The notes: a model not told the origin generated them from the sequence alone. Shown: positions 23,031 to 34,128, counted from the stretch's first letter. The stretch: DNA of 64,000 bases from an uncultured Alphaproteobacteria bacterium (GCA_963697785.1 OY969098.1:1107386-1171385); one strand, 5' to 3'. Numbers and translations are program-made.

Positions 23031-23594
23031 ATGAAGGCTTCGCCGCGCACGCTCGCAAATCGGCGTAACGCGCGTTTCAGCACTGGACCGAAAACGCTGG
23101 CCGGAAAAGCGCGTGTCGCGAAAAATGCGTTCCGTCATGGCCTGGCGACCCCGATCTCGTCGGATATTGCGCTTAGTAAATCCGCCCAACGTCTGACGAT
23201 TGCGATCGCCGGGAAGGGGGCAAATGAGATTCGCCTTGAGCGCGCCGAGCGCATCGCCGACGCGCAAGTCGATTTGCAACGCATACGCAGAGGGCGTCGC
23301 GGATTGCTCGCAGACTTTTCCGAGGCCTGTCTGACGCCGCGCAGGGCGGTGCCAAAAATGCCCCGCGTGCGAGACCTGATCCACATGATAAGGCAGCTCA
23401 ATGGCGGCGGAGAATTGGACGCGCGGGCGAGGGATGTTCTGCGCCGCCTCGCCGACATAGCCAGCGCTGCGTCCTTGAGATCGCACCAACAACCAGCAGT
23501 TTTGGCGAAACAATCAGTTCGTTTGGACCGATATGAACGGCGCGCCTTATCGCGCCTGAAGAGGGCGAGCCGGGATTTCGACGCCCTCGAATGA
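23031..23594 (+). CDS. hypothetical protein
   Basis: An internal ATG of ORF 22791-23594 gives MKASPRTLANRRNARFSTGPKTLAGKARVAKNAFRHGL. I know no function for it. Confidence 0.3.
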   Translation: MKASPRTLANRRNARFSTGPKTLAGKARVAKNAFRHGLATPISSDIALSKSAQRLTIAIAGKGANEIRLERAERIADAQVDLQRIRRGRRGLLADFSEACLTPRRAVPKMPRVRDLIHMIRQLNGGGELDARARDVLRRLADIASAASLRSHQQPAVLAKQSVRLDRYERRALSRLKRASRDFDALE

Positions 23595-23982
23595 GCTTCG
23601 CCATAACCCCTTCCTGACGAGGATATTTTTTCGGCAGGGTAGGGCGGCGGGGCCGCCGATGTGCGATAACGGCTCTTGGCGCCCTCGGCGCAGCAAATCG
23701 GCCGGCGTCGCGCAAGAAAGGCTCAAGGTGCAGCGAGGCTGACCAATCAGGAGTGGCCTAGGTTACTACCGGCCTGGACCCTACCGCTTTTCCTGCTGAC
23801 TGTTTTCAGCGCCGGGTGAATGTCGACCACCGATCCAATGGGCGATTGCTATCGGCGCCGGGATAGCCGGCGACATCGTTCCGTCTAAGAGCCGTGTTTC
23901 CAGTGTATGACAGGCTTGCCCGAACATGGGCGAGGAATGAAAGGACACGCCCCTGGTTCAGAAAGTTCAAGTTTCGAGGAAA

Positions 23983-24785
23983 TTGCAAATCTGGTGCGTA
24001 TGTTTGGTGCTGACCATCGCAGTCGTGGTCTTCTGTGTGCGCTATCTAGACCGGCCAATTTGCTTATTTGCGGATCGCCTGTTCGGCCAGTTCACTTGGA
24101 TCGGCGACCTCAAGCGGACACCAAGTCTCTTCGACCCGTTGGCTTTGTTGCTATTTGCGTTCTTCCTCTTGCGTCGCCTGGCGCGCCGGCCCTTCAGCAA
24201 GCTCGATCTTGTTTGTCTGCTTGGTGATGCAAGTCTCTTGCTCACGCGCTACGCCAACGACGAGCTCAAGTATGTGTTCGCACGCACCTATCCCAAATGG
24301 GGATCTCCATCCTTCCTCCGCGACGGGGCATATAGCTTCAACTTTTTCCGTCACGGACATGATTACCTCTCATTCCCCTCGGGGCACACCGCCGCGGTCT
24401 GCGCTTTACTCGCCATTGTGTGGGTGTTTTATCCGCGATTTAGAGCGCTCTATGCATTAACAGCAATCGGAGTTGTTGTCGTGCTGGTCGCGACGAATTA
24501 TCATTTTCTGTCGGATGTCATAGCGGGGGATTCGTAGGTGCGTCAGGCGGCACCTTGTGTGTCTCTGCCGGGCAGTTTTGGGGCTCCGCCATTTCCTCGT
24601 TGCGAACCGAGCCGACCGAAAACGCTCGGGTTGGAAAGCAGGATCACTTGCAAACGCCAACTGGTCGCGAGGGTGGAGGTGACGAGGTCTCGACGTTGGA
24701 TTTCCGACATTCTCCGAAGGAAACGCCGCGGCGAATAAGCTCGGGATCAGTCGACATCACAAAACCGGAGCTCCTAGATGACTAG
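23983..24785 (+). pseudogene. PAP2-family membrane phosphatase, 1-nt deletion near 24530 (paralog of 62144-62995)
   Basis: SFPSGHTAAV and NYHFLSDVIAG are PAP2 motifs. After SDVIAG the frame breaks. The tail (..STLDFRHSPKE..ELLDD) continues in ORF 24555-24785 and aligns with the C-terminus of the intact paralog. Confidence 0.7.
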
Positions 24786-25862
24786 GAGTGCCGCATCCGC
24801 CGTTGAATTGCTATCCCAACTCGCGGAACAGCCAAATGGGATGACGCAAATAGAGACCAATCCCGTAACAATGGCGTATTTCGCAAAAATGTTGCTGTCC
24901 CAGGGAAAGTCTGAGAGCGCGATTGGGCTTGCCCGGCGCGCCATGACGTTGGCTCCGAATGATGGCGAGATCGAAGCGGTTGCCTCGCAGGTGTTGAGCT
25001 ACGAAGTCCCCCCTTGGCATTTTTCGATCGTTCGAGACAAGGCGCGGAACGCCGCTTATGACGAGGCGCTGCGTCGCAACGTTCGGCCAGCCGGCGTGCT
25101 GGAAATTGGTGCCGGATCCGGCATTCTAGCGATGATGGCCGCGCGCGCCGGCGCGCGCGAAGTGATCAGCTGCGAATGTGATCATGCTGTTGCTGCTATT
25201 GCGAGAGATATCGTAGCACTGAATGGATTTTCCGATTGCGTGAAGGTCGTCCCTAAGCACTCACGTGACTTAGAGATTGGAAACGATCTCGACGGGCCAG
25301 CGGACGTGCTCGTATCTGAAATCGTCAGCAGCAATCTTCTGGGCCAGGACGTCTTAGGGTGCATGGAAGATGTAGTTGGGCGGCTTACGCGACCAAATGC
25401 CTGTACTATTCCGTCGCACGGTTCCGTGCGCGTTGCGCTCGCACGTTACGATAGACTTCACGAGAAGCGGCTGGGAATGTCAGATGGCTTTGATCTTTCC
25501 CCCTTGAACAAGCTTGCTGGTCGAATAGACATAAAAGTGGGAGACGAGGCCCTGAAACGGCTAAGCGAGGCGAAAGATCTCTTCGCATTTGATTTCGGTT
25601 CTGGTGGTCCGTTTGAAGAATGCCGAAGTTCCATCAGTGTCACGTCGACGGGCGGGCGCGCCAACGGGATCGCCCAATGGATTAAACTCAGAATGGATGA
25701 GAAGGAATTTTATGAGAGTCGACCGACCGTTGGTGCTAAATCGTGCTGGGGCGTAAATTCTATGCGTTTAAGAAGCCGATTGATCTTGAGCCGGGACGCG
25801 AAGTTATCGTGCACGGCGGCCGCGATCGAACCTCTACGTGGGTTTGGACGGGAGGACGGTAG
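24778..25862 (+). pseudogene. PRMT-like class I methyltransferase, frameshift near 25740
   Basis: VPPWHFSIVRDKARNAAYDEAL..VLEIGAGSGILAMMAARAGAREV..VSEIV is the layout of protein arginine N-methyltransferase-type enzymes. The probable true C-terminus FYAFKKPIDLEPGREVIVHGGRDR is off-frame and stops at 25860-25862. The track ORF tail to 26040 is run-on. Confidence 0.55.
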
Positions 25863-25943
25863 CGGCCGCAGCATGGGCCACGAGAGGCGCCCCCGCGCTA
25901 GCTCGCAGGCAGGTTCTAAGCAGCACATTAAGGAATTACCACA

Positions 25944-26725
25944 ATGCAAATCGATTGCAGCATGCTTGCGATTGATCATCCCGCGCCTTCAGAGCAAATC
26001 CTTCTCGCCAGCAAACATCTTATCATGGATGGATATGTAATCCTCGGTAGCGAATTCCCTCGGAGACCATTTCCCAGCTGAATGAGCAATTCAATAAATC
26101 TTACGCGCAATATTTGCGAGACACGGACTCCGACTACGTCCTAAAAGTAGGGGATCGGAGATATATGACTATTAGGATTTCGGGTCCCTTCCGAGATCCG
26201 ATTGTCTATGCAAACCCGTTCATCTTATCAGTGGTGCGTGAAAGTCTGGGCCTCGATGCCATCTTGGAAAGTTTCGGACCATTCGTTTCACTGTCGGGCT
26301 CCGAAACGCAACATGTGCATCGCGATTTTCCAGTACTCTTTGATGCAGGTATATCCCCACTCTTGCCAGCTCATGCATTAACCGTTGTCATTCCATTGAT
26401 TGAAATGAATGAGCTGCACGGCACGACCGCGGTGTGGCCAGGAAGTCATCGCTGGAAGAGCTTTGATGATAAGGTTGTCTCAGAAACCCCGCGGATTGAG
26501 ATCGGATCGTGTGCAATCTGGGACTTTCGGCTTTTCCACGGCGGCACTCCTAACCATTCTGATATGCATCGGCCGATCCTCTACCTGACATATGCAAGGA
26601 GTTGGTATCGGGATCCTAAGAATTTTTTGAAGGAGGGCCAACGCCGTATCTTGTTGGGCCGAGGCTTCATTCACAGCCTTCCGGAGGATCAGCAAAAACT
26701 ATTCTCTCATATTCGGTGCAATTAG
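25944..26725 (+). pseudogene. phytanoyl-CoA dioxygenase (PhyH) family Fe(II)/2OG oxygenase, frameshift near 26070
   Basis: ATG at 25944 follows AAGGA. HVHRDFP (HxD), TAVWPGSHRW and FRLFHGGTPN are present. The N-terminal 45 aa are in another frame. Confidence 0.7.
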
Positions 26726-26847
26726 GAAGCTTGAATTTTTTGGGAAGCGGCGAGCGGCCGCTGAGGCCTCCCAGTTCGGGCGAGCGCGCACGATCCGAAT
26801 TTGCGAGGTACAACACAGGACCGTTACGGCTCGAAAAGGATCGTCCC

Positions 26848-27434
26848 TTGAGCACAGTCAACCAGATTCCCGTCTATACTCGCGAACTCGATGGACGTTG
26901 TATGCACATCGTGGATGGCATGTTCCAACCAGATCTAATCGCTATGATCCACGAAATCCTCAAACGATTGCCTTTCGCGCTGACGGAATCTAACACCATC
27001 GCAACCAAGCACCAGCGCCACTGGAATTATGAATTTTCTCTCGATTCGCTTGGCTCGCATCCGATATTCCGAAATTGGCACGACCTTATAGTCGCGAAAA
27101 CTGTCGAGCTCTTCCCGGAATCGAGGATCGATCTAGTCGAGTTCACTGTAACAGTCACCTCTACGGAGACTTCCAGACCGCTCATATGGACTTGGTTCCG
27201 GGCATTACCTCGCTGTATTTCGCCAATTCCGAATGGAGAGATAACTGGCACGGTGAGACCATACTCTACAGTGGCTGCCGAGAACCAGTTTATGCTGTGG
27301 CTCCTAAGCCGGGACGGCTACTGATGTTTGCCGGAGATATTCTACACCGAGGTGGCGTGCCTTCGCGAGCATGCTTTGAGGCGAGACTTTCGGTGGCCTT
27401 CAAATTCAGGGCTGTCGCTCATTCGCATACTTGA
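26848..27434 (+). pseudogene. 2OG-Fe(II) oxygenase (prolyl-4-hydroxylase-like), frameshift near 27140
   Basis: TTG at 26848 sits 7 nt after AAGGA. YGDFQTAHMDLVPG (HxD) and RLLMFAGDILHRGGV are in ORF 27075-27434. The N-terminal half is in ORF 26716-27324. Confidence 0.6.
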
Positions 27435-27517
27435 CGCAACCTTTTGATTGCGAAACAATCTGATATGCTTCTGTCGGAAGAAAGGTGCGGTGGCCATTGC
27501 CTAAAGAAGGTGAAAAG

Positions 27518-27766
27518 ATGCCCATCGGTTTGTCGACGGTAGTCAAGCAAGCAAAGGACCAAATTTCATGCAAACTAGACAATGAAGTTGCAATTCTGAA
27601 TATGCAGAGTGCTCTGTACTTTGGCTTGGATGAAGTTGGATCTGTAATTTGGGAGGAACTTGCCGAAGAAAGAACGGTAAGCGATATTTGTAGGAGTGTT
27701 CTCGAGCAATTTGATATTGACGAGCACGAGTGCCAATCTGATGTGATGGGGTTCCTGGGTAATTAA
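27518..27766 (+). CDS. PqqD-family RiPP recognition element (lasso B1-type chaperone)
   Basis: ATG follows GAAGGTGA. ISCKLDNEVAILNMQSALYFGLDEVGSVIWEEL..RTVSDICRSVLEQFDIDEHECQSDVMGFL is typical PqqD. A PqqD-like ending LIEQGLVE continues in the next frame, so a 3' frameshift at about 27762 is possible. Confidence 0.75.
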   Translation: MPIGLSTVVKQAKDQISCKLDNEVAILNMQSALYFGLDEVGSVIWEELAEERTVSDICRSVLEQFDIDEHECQSDVMGFLGN

Positions 27767-27847
27767 TTGAGCAGGGTTTGGTCGAAACCGCGGAACCGAT
27801 TGGATGGATGACGGCTCGCCGTAGCGCTCGCACTAGAGTTCCAGGGA

Positions 27848-29235
27848 ATGAGCGAGGAATACGAGGGATATTCAAACGAGATCGATTACACGTTTGGTTA
27901 TTATCCGTTGCTCTCGCCACCCCACTTGCGACTGGCGTGTCTCAATCAGTCGACCTCGTTTCCTTCCAATCGACCTTTTCGCTATCTTGAGCTCGGACAC
28001 GGAAACGGTGTTTCGCTGAATATTCATGCGGCTGCCTGTCCAGGAGAATATTGGGGGATCGACATCAATCCCTCGCATGTAAACTTTTCCAGAAGCTTGC
28101 AGAGGCAGCGGACACCGGGGTACGCGTACTCAACCTGTCGTTTTCCGATCTGCTGAACTATCCGAGTCTTCCCAATTTTGATTTGGTTGTGATTCATGGA
28201 GTTCGGTCATATATTTCCGCCGCCAATCGGAATGCCATAACCGACCTGTTACGCCAAAAACTCACCGAAGGCGGGCTCTTCTATGTGAGCTATAATTGCC
28301 TGCCGGGCTCTTCCAGCATTGTTCCTCTCCAGTATCTTTTGCGGCTCTATTCGGAGAGAGGAGGCTGCCAAGGGACGGTCGTCGATCGGCTTCAGGCAGG
28401 AATTCGCATTTGCGAACGAATTGTGGCATGCCGGGAGCGAGTTTTTCGCTTCGATTCCGAAAGCGTCTGAACGTTTAGAGCAGATCAAAAGCGAAGATCC
28501 CGCCTACCTTGTTCATGAATATCTGCACGAGTTTTGGCATGTTCCTTCATTCGCTGAAACTGCGCGCAGTCTATCGGACGCCGGACTGCGTTTCCTGGCC
28601 AGTGCATATCTACTCGATCACTATGAAGATTTGAATATCTGTCAGGAGGGGATGGCGCTTCTCGCCGCGTCAGAGGACCCTTTGTTGCGAGAAACAGCGC
28701 GCGATTTTCTGCGCAATAAGCAATTTAGACAGGATATTTTTGTCAAGGGTAAAGCGTCAGGTCCGGGGCCGGAGCGCAAGCGCGACATCGAAGACACTTC
28801 GATAATGTTGGGTATATCGCAAGTCGAAATTCCATCTAAAATAAAAACGAAAGTCGGTTCTATTAGCTTGTTAGGGCCCCCATTTAGCGATGTTGTGAGC
28901 GCGCTCGCCCGGGATGGCTACCGCAGCAAAACGGTCGGTGAAGTTATCGAGCGATGTCGCCACCAACTGAGCGCGGCGGAGGTCACGAGAGCCATTGTGA
29001 TCTTGATCGGCGTGGGCATAGTCTACCCCGTACAAGACGACGCTATTGTCGCCCGCGCTGCCGCCGGCTGCCGACGTCTCAACGAGGAAATTCTTCGCCA
29101 TACTAGGTCCGGGAAGCGACTAACCGCGTTGGCTTCTCCGGTAACAGGATGTGGGATTTAGATGTCTCGGCTGCAGCAACTCTTCTTGATCGCCTATCAA
29201 GCGGGTGCAAGGACTAGCGACGAGTGGGCCGAATA
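27848..29235 (+). pseudogene. SAM methyltransferase with methyltransferase-regulatory (PF10119-like) domain; at least 2 frameshifts plus an in-frame TAG at 29159
   Basis: YTFGYYPLLSPPHLRLACL..YLELGHGNGVSLN, DLVVIHGVRSYIS..GGLFYVSYNCLPG and EDPAYLVHEYLHEFWHVPSFAETA..NKQFRQDIFVKG. The text reads through TAG into MSRLQQLFLIAY. Confidence 0.55.
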
Positions 29236-29395
29236 ATTTGCGTGGGAGAGAAGTGACCCTTTATGAGGCCTCAACCGCGGCTTCCGGTGATTTAGAGCAC
29301 GTATCCTACGGGAGAGCCTCCTATTTCAGGTAAGCCTGCCGGTTTATTCCGCTTTAGGTCTCACCGGCCAAAAAAACTCCTGATCATCCTGGGAC

Positions 29396-29560
29396 TTAAC
29401 CGGTCCTCTGATTAGATTTATATTCGTACGCATCTTGCTTTCCCTTGGTGAAGGTACCAAGAGTGATCTCGCTAAGATTCCCGTGCTGGACTAGCGCGGG
29501 CTTCCTGTAAGGGCGTCTCACGGCCTCGACCGTCTTCGTGTTGGCGCTTTTCTCAACCAT
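29396..29560 (-). CDS. lasso peptide precursor A1 (54 aa, not in the ORF track)
   Basis: MVEKSANTKTVEAVRRPYRKPALVQHGNLSEITL/GTFTKGKQDAYEYKSNQRTG. It has a YxxPxLxxxGxxxxxT leader motif with Thr at -2, Gly1 and Asp9 in the core, and GGGGG 7 nt upstream of the ATG. Confidence 0.75.
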   Translation of the reverse strand: MVEKSANTKTVEAVRRPYRKPALVQHGNLSEITLGTFTKGKQDAYEYKSNQRTG

Positions 29561-29756
29561 GGCCAGCCCCCAACTGTGTTATTATGATTCATAGCACCGG
29601 ATCCCGGATCGGTCAAAATATCATGATGTGCGGGGCTCGAAGTAGTGGGTTTCAGACAACGCTATTCTGCAGAGGGGGCGGTCACTGAAACCAGTCGGTC
29701 TAGGTTTCAATTGCCTTTCAAGGAATTAAGATTTGCGCCCACCAAGTAATTGGCTC

Positions 29757-30686
29757 GTGAAAACGGCCGTCCATTATTCTTATCGCTATCGGGTCTACGG
29801 GCTGACCTTAGCGACCGACCTTAGGCTAAATCTACCGATGCCGATAGGTCCGATGCGACAGTCGAGCTCGGGTTAGGTAGGCAGACCTGTTCCGCAAAGC
29901 GAGAGAGAAGGCTCCCGACTCGAACGATTGGATCCAGCATGCAGTTCTCGAGGTTGCGCTCTCTATATGCGATGGGGGATGGTTCGAAATTCTCGCTTCT
30001 TCTGACGGGCGGCGCGTCCTGTGCAACAACCTGAGCGAGATGCCGCTCGAGTCGTTCGAAGCTTATCTCACGAATTTCGCCGTCAGCGCTGCGCTGATCC
30101 AGCAGGGGGAAGAAACTCTGCACGCGACAGTTGTCGAGATCAGCGGCCGTGCGATCGGTGCTCGGTCCCAGCGGCGCTGGCAAATCGACACTCGCGGCAT
30201 TTTTGATCAACCAAGGCGGCGCCTCGTCACAGACGACATGCTGAGGGTAAGTTCGCGAACGGCGCCGTCTTTGCGCAACCTGGTCCGCGCCGCATTAAGC
30301 TCTTCGGGGGCCTGCAGACCGATATCTCCCTGACCGCGAGTCGGCTATTGGAACCCCCTCTGGTGAAAAGATAATTTTCGAACCGAAGGGTCGGGTAGCA
30401 GTACGGTGCCGCGAACGCTGTCGGCACTTTATCACCTCGAGGCGCCTTCTCCGCCGTCAAATTGGATCAGCCCCTCCTCAAGCAATTGCGCGGAGTTGAA
30501 CTTTTCAACACGATCCTATCCTCAAGCATGGACAACAGATTGCAGTCGCCCGAAGAACTCGAGCGCCAGTTCCGTTTCGCCGAACGCCTTGTGAAAAAAG
30601 TGCCCCTTTTCCGGCTGACCTATTCGAGGAGCTTCAATTTCATCGATCAGGTCGCCAGTCGAATTTACGAATTGGCTCCGCTATGA
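29757..30686 (+). pseudogene. HprK-related kinase (lasso-associated), at least 4 frameshifts
   Basis: GTG start with VKTAVHYSYRYRVYGLTLATDLRLNLP. The P-loop VLGPSGAGKSTLAAFLINQGGA is off-frame at about 30160-30225. LVTDDMLRV and the C-terminus LFRLTYSRSF are also present. The stop overlaps the next ATG (ATGA at 30683-30686). Confidence 0.65.
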
Positions 30687-31121
30687 GGCCGCTCGACACG
30701 TTCCTTCGTTTGAAGCCTGGGGATCAAAAGCTCATTCTTGAGGCAGGATTAGCCTTGGCTTTCTGTTGGGTGCGGATGCGGCTTCAGAGCTTTGAGCAGC
30801 TCCAGGCGTGGGCAACGGCGCGGTAGCGGCGCGCAGGTGGAGCAATTGACCTGGGCCGTCAAGACTGCGTCACGGCGTGTACCGGGGGTGACTTGCCTGT
30901 CCCAGGCGCTTGCACTCCAGCATTTGCTTTCTGGAAATGGCCATTGCTCGGAGCTCAGAATTGGCGTCGACAAATCGGAGGGACGGTTCACCGCCCATGC
31001 TTGGCTCGTTCTCGATGATCGGATCCTGATAGGGGGATCTGCACTCGAGAATTACAAGCTGCTTGCCGCCTGGTCGACGCGTAGCGGCCTCGTACGCAGG
31101 GATCGGAAGGACCAAACCTAA
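30683..31121 (+). pseudogene. lasso peptide B2 protease (transglutaminase-like cysteine protease), one frameshift near 30825
   Basis: MRPLDTFLRLKPGDQKLILEAGLALAFCWVRMRL, then CLSQALALQHLL (catalytic Cys) and FTAHAWLVLDD (His). Confidence 0.75.
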
Positions 31122-31122
31122 C

Positions 31123-32870
31123 ATGAGCTTTCTGGTTCTGTTCAATTCTGATCGTGCTCCGATCGAGATAGAGGCCAGCGGCAAAATAGGATCAAAAAAC
31201 AAAACACTGCGGTCTTGGGGAAGTTCCGGCAGACCGCTTTCATGTGGGCCGATTCGGCTCCGGTGTGTCGCGCGGGGCACCGGGACGCCGATTGATCTCG
31301 ATGGACGAATTTGGATTATCGGGCGCGTCCGGTTGGACGGTCGGGACGGACTTTGCGCAGATCTTCGCGCCTCGCCAACGAACTGCGACAAGCTTCTTTG
31401 CCTGCGTTCATATGCAGAATGGGGGGAGCAAAGTCTCAAGCATTTACAGGGAGACTTTTGTTTCGCCATTTGGGACGAGGATCGGCAGCAGTTATTCTGC
31501 GCTCGCGATCAACTCGGCGTAAAGCCGCTCTTTTATGCCCATGCCGGGAACAGATGGCTCGTAAGCGATGCACTTGAAAGCATACGCTCGAATTCGACGT
31601 AGGAGAGCGAGCTCGACGAACATTGGGTGGCGGACTTTCTCACCACGGGCTTTTGTCTCGACTTTCACAGAAGCGTTTACAAAGAAATCAGGCGCGTGCC
31701 TCCCGCGCATGTGTTGGTCGCTTCGTCGGACGGAATTTAGTGCGCCGGTATTGGACATTGAACATCGAGGCGCCGATTTTCTATCGCAATGAGAGACAAT
31801 ACCTCGATCACTTTCATGAACTCATGGCCCTCTCGATCCAAGATCGGCTCCCCCAGGGCGGGTAGGCGTCGCGATGAGCGGCGGACTGGATTCGTCGACT
31901 TTGGCGGCGAAGGCTGTGGCGGTTGCTGGAGACGCCTCGCGCGTGATCGCAGATACCTGCTATTTCGAACATCTGATCCCCGACGAGGAAAAACATTTCA
32001 GCTCCCTTGTCGCGAGCCGGCTCGGCATCCGGCTCACGCTGAGGCCCGTCGACGATACCTGTTACGATCGCCTTTGGGAAACGCGCGACATCCAACCCCG
32101 GAGCCGACGACATCGATTACCAGGGCGGCCTCCGAGCGCATCTTTGGCGCCGAAATGGCGAAGCAGGCACAGGTCTGGTTCTATGGCGAGGGACCGGACA
32201 ACGCGCTCACGTTCGAATGGAGAGCCTATCTCCGCTGGTTATGGACAGCGTGATTGGCCTCGATTTGGCGGCGCTATGGTCCAGTATCTTCGCAGCAAGC
32301 AGGCGCGCGAATGGCGCACCACCTTCAAAACATACGCCTTCCGCCGGCGCAAAGAGGAGATAGATGCTCTTCGCCGCCCCCCGATGGATGGACGACGCGT
32401 TCGTCAAAAAGGTGGATCTCGCTGCGAGAATGCGCGACGCGAGCCATACTGGCTAAGTGCGCACCCGTGGCGCCCGCGTGCGATCGCCTCATTCACAAGC
32501 GCGATTTGGCCTAGCTTCCTTGATGGATTCGACGTAGCTGTTTCAGGAGTCCCGATCGAGTGGCGGCATCCTTATCTCGATCTGAGGGTTTTGACCTTCC
32601 TGCTCTCAGTCCCGCCGATCCCGTGGGCCCGACGCAAATTTCTGATCCGCAAAGCGATGAAGGGCGTGCTTCCCGAAGAGGTCCTTTCAAGAGGCAAAGC
32701 ACCATTGGCGGATGACCCGGTTGTAAAGATGCTGCAGAAGTATCCGCTTCGAGTATTTTCTTGTGTCAGCGGTTCGGGAATTTGTAAACGAAGCCAAAGT
32801 GCCAAGCAGACCAGGTAACGCGCCGAAATTCATGAGCTTATCAAGATTCGCGCATTGGACTTCTGGTTGA
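31123..32870 (+). pseudogene. lasso cyclase (asparagine synthetase B-like, C protein), at least 4 frameshifts
   Basis: HLQGDFCFAIWDEDRQQLFCARDQLGVKPLFY, the PP-loop VAMSGGLDSSTLAA, WRHPYLDLRVLTFLLSVPP and RRKFLIRKAM are spread over three frames. Confidence 0.8.
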
Positions 32871-32984
32871 GAAACCGGTGACATTGGGCAAAAATTTCAT
32901 TATGATCTTCCTGCCGAAACTGCCCTCCACGAATTTGCTCTCGGATCTACGAACCGCAGGGGCGCGTAAGGTGCGAATGAAGCC

Positions 32985-34128
32985 ATGCCTTCGCGCGAAT
33001 TTATGTTCCTGTGTCGTGTCATCAGTGGCGATCCCGCTGCTAAGCGGATCCAGAACTCTGAGGCAAGGCATCGATTGGACGACGCTGGGGCGTTTGGCCG
33101 AATGCCACGGAGTAAGGCCGCAACTGCTTCATGGTCTCAGACGAATAGGCTTGTAATCCACCTCCTGAAACAAAACAGCTCTTGACGAATTCCAGCAACT
33201 CCATCTGGTTCGATGCCTCCATCTCGGGGCGAACTCCTAGGCATCGCAGACTTGTTCGGAGAGAAACATATTCGTTTCGCGACATTCAAAGGGGTGGCGC
33301 TGGCGATCTCTCTCTATGGAGATATCTCTCGACGGGAGTTCAACGACATCGACCTCATCGTTCATGAAGCTGATTTGGAGACCGCCGAAAGCTGTCTTCG
33401 GTCGCGCGGCTATCGCGCCAAGTCTGGAGACAGGTCCTATCGCAACGCTTTCCTGGCCTATCAGAACCAATACATTTTTCAAACGAGCGAGAAATGATTG
33501 ATCTCCATTGGGATTTCAGTAAAGGGAGTTCCGTTTCCTCTTCGGGCTCGCGAGATCTGGGGCCAATTGGAATCAGTATCATCGCCGGTCGAGACATTCC
33601 CACGCTCGGGCGTAACGAACTCGCGCTTTTTCTCGCCGGGCACGGAACAAAGCAAGGGTGGAAATCGCTAGGCTGGGTCTGCGATTTCGCAGATTTCATC
33701 CGAGCCTATCCCGAAATCGATTGGATAAGTCTTTGGCGGCGCTCCGCTCAAAAGCATTGCGGCCATCCGATTTTGCTCGGCTGCACATTGGCGTCGAGAC
33801 TTGCTCGATGCGCCGGTGGACGAAGAATTGCTCGCCTGTGCTGATCGGGAACCGGCCGTCAGGCTCTGGCGGATGCCGCGATGAAACGAATGATGGATCC
33901 TCCTCGGCGGCGGCGGCGGCCTCGACCCCCGAAGACTTTCTGGGAGGTCTGGATCTCTGCGAGACCTGGACCCAAAAGGCCAGGGTCCTATGGGGCTTGG
34001 CTTCGACGCGGACAACCGGCGATTACGAGGCCATGCCGCTGCCACCCCCGCTGTGGCGTCTGTATCATCTGACCAGGCCATTCCGTCTCGGCATAAAGAT
34101 CCTATCGAGCGCCCGTGCAAGATCCTGA
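32985..34128 (+). pseudogene. PF14907-type (NTP_transf_5) nucleotidyltransferase, at least 4 frameshifts
   Basis: IDWTTLGRLAECHGVRPQLL, FATFKGVALAISLYGDISRREFNDIDLIVHEADLETAESCLRSRGY, IDLHWDF and YHLTRPFRL are in alternating frames. Confidence 0.6.

Noticed and set aside
25863-26040. The C-terminal ~100 residues of track ORF 24778-26040 (..SCWGVNSMRLRSRLILSRD..) could be part of the PRMT-like protein.
   Set aside because: The composition looks like out-of-frame read-through. A more protein-like ending (FYAFKKPIDLEPGREVIVHGGRDR) lies in another frame. The next gene's ATG is at 25944.
29821-30210. A 129-aa minus-strand ORF containing 'DLPAPLGPS', plus other long antisense ORFs (36503-36862, 42349-42951, 52285-52809, and many within 55.2-58.1 kb).
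   Set aside because: Each lies antisense or out of frame to a gene with clear family motifs in GC-rich DNA, where spurious long ORFs are expected. None has a motif or a ribosome-binding site.
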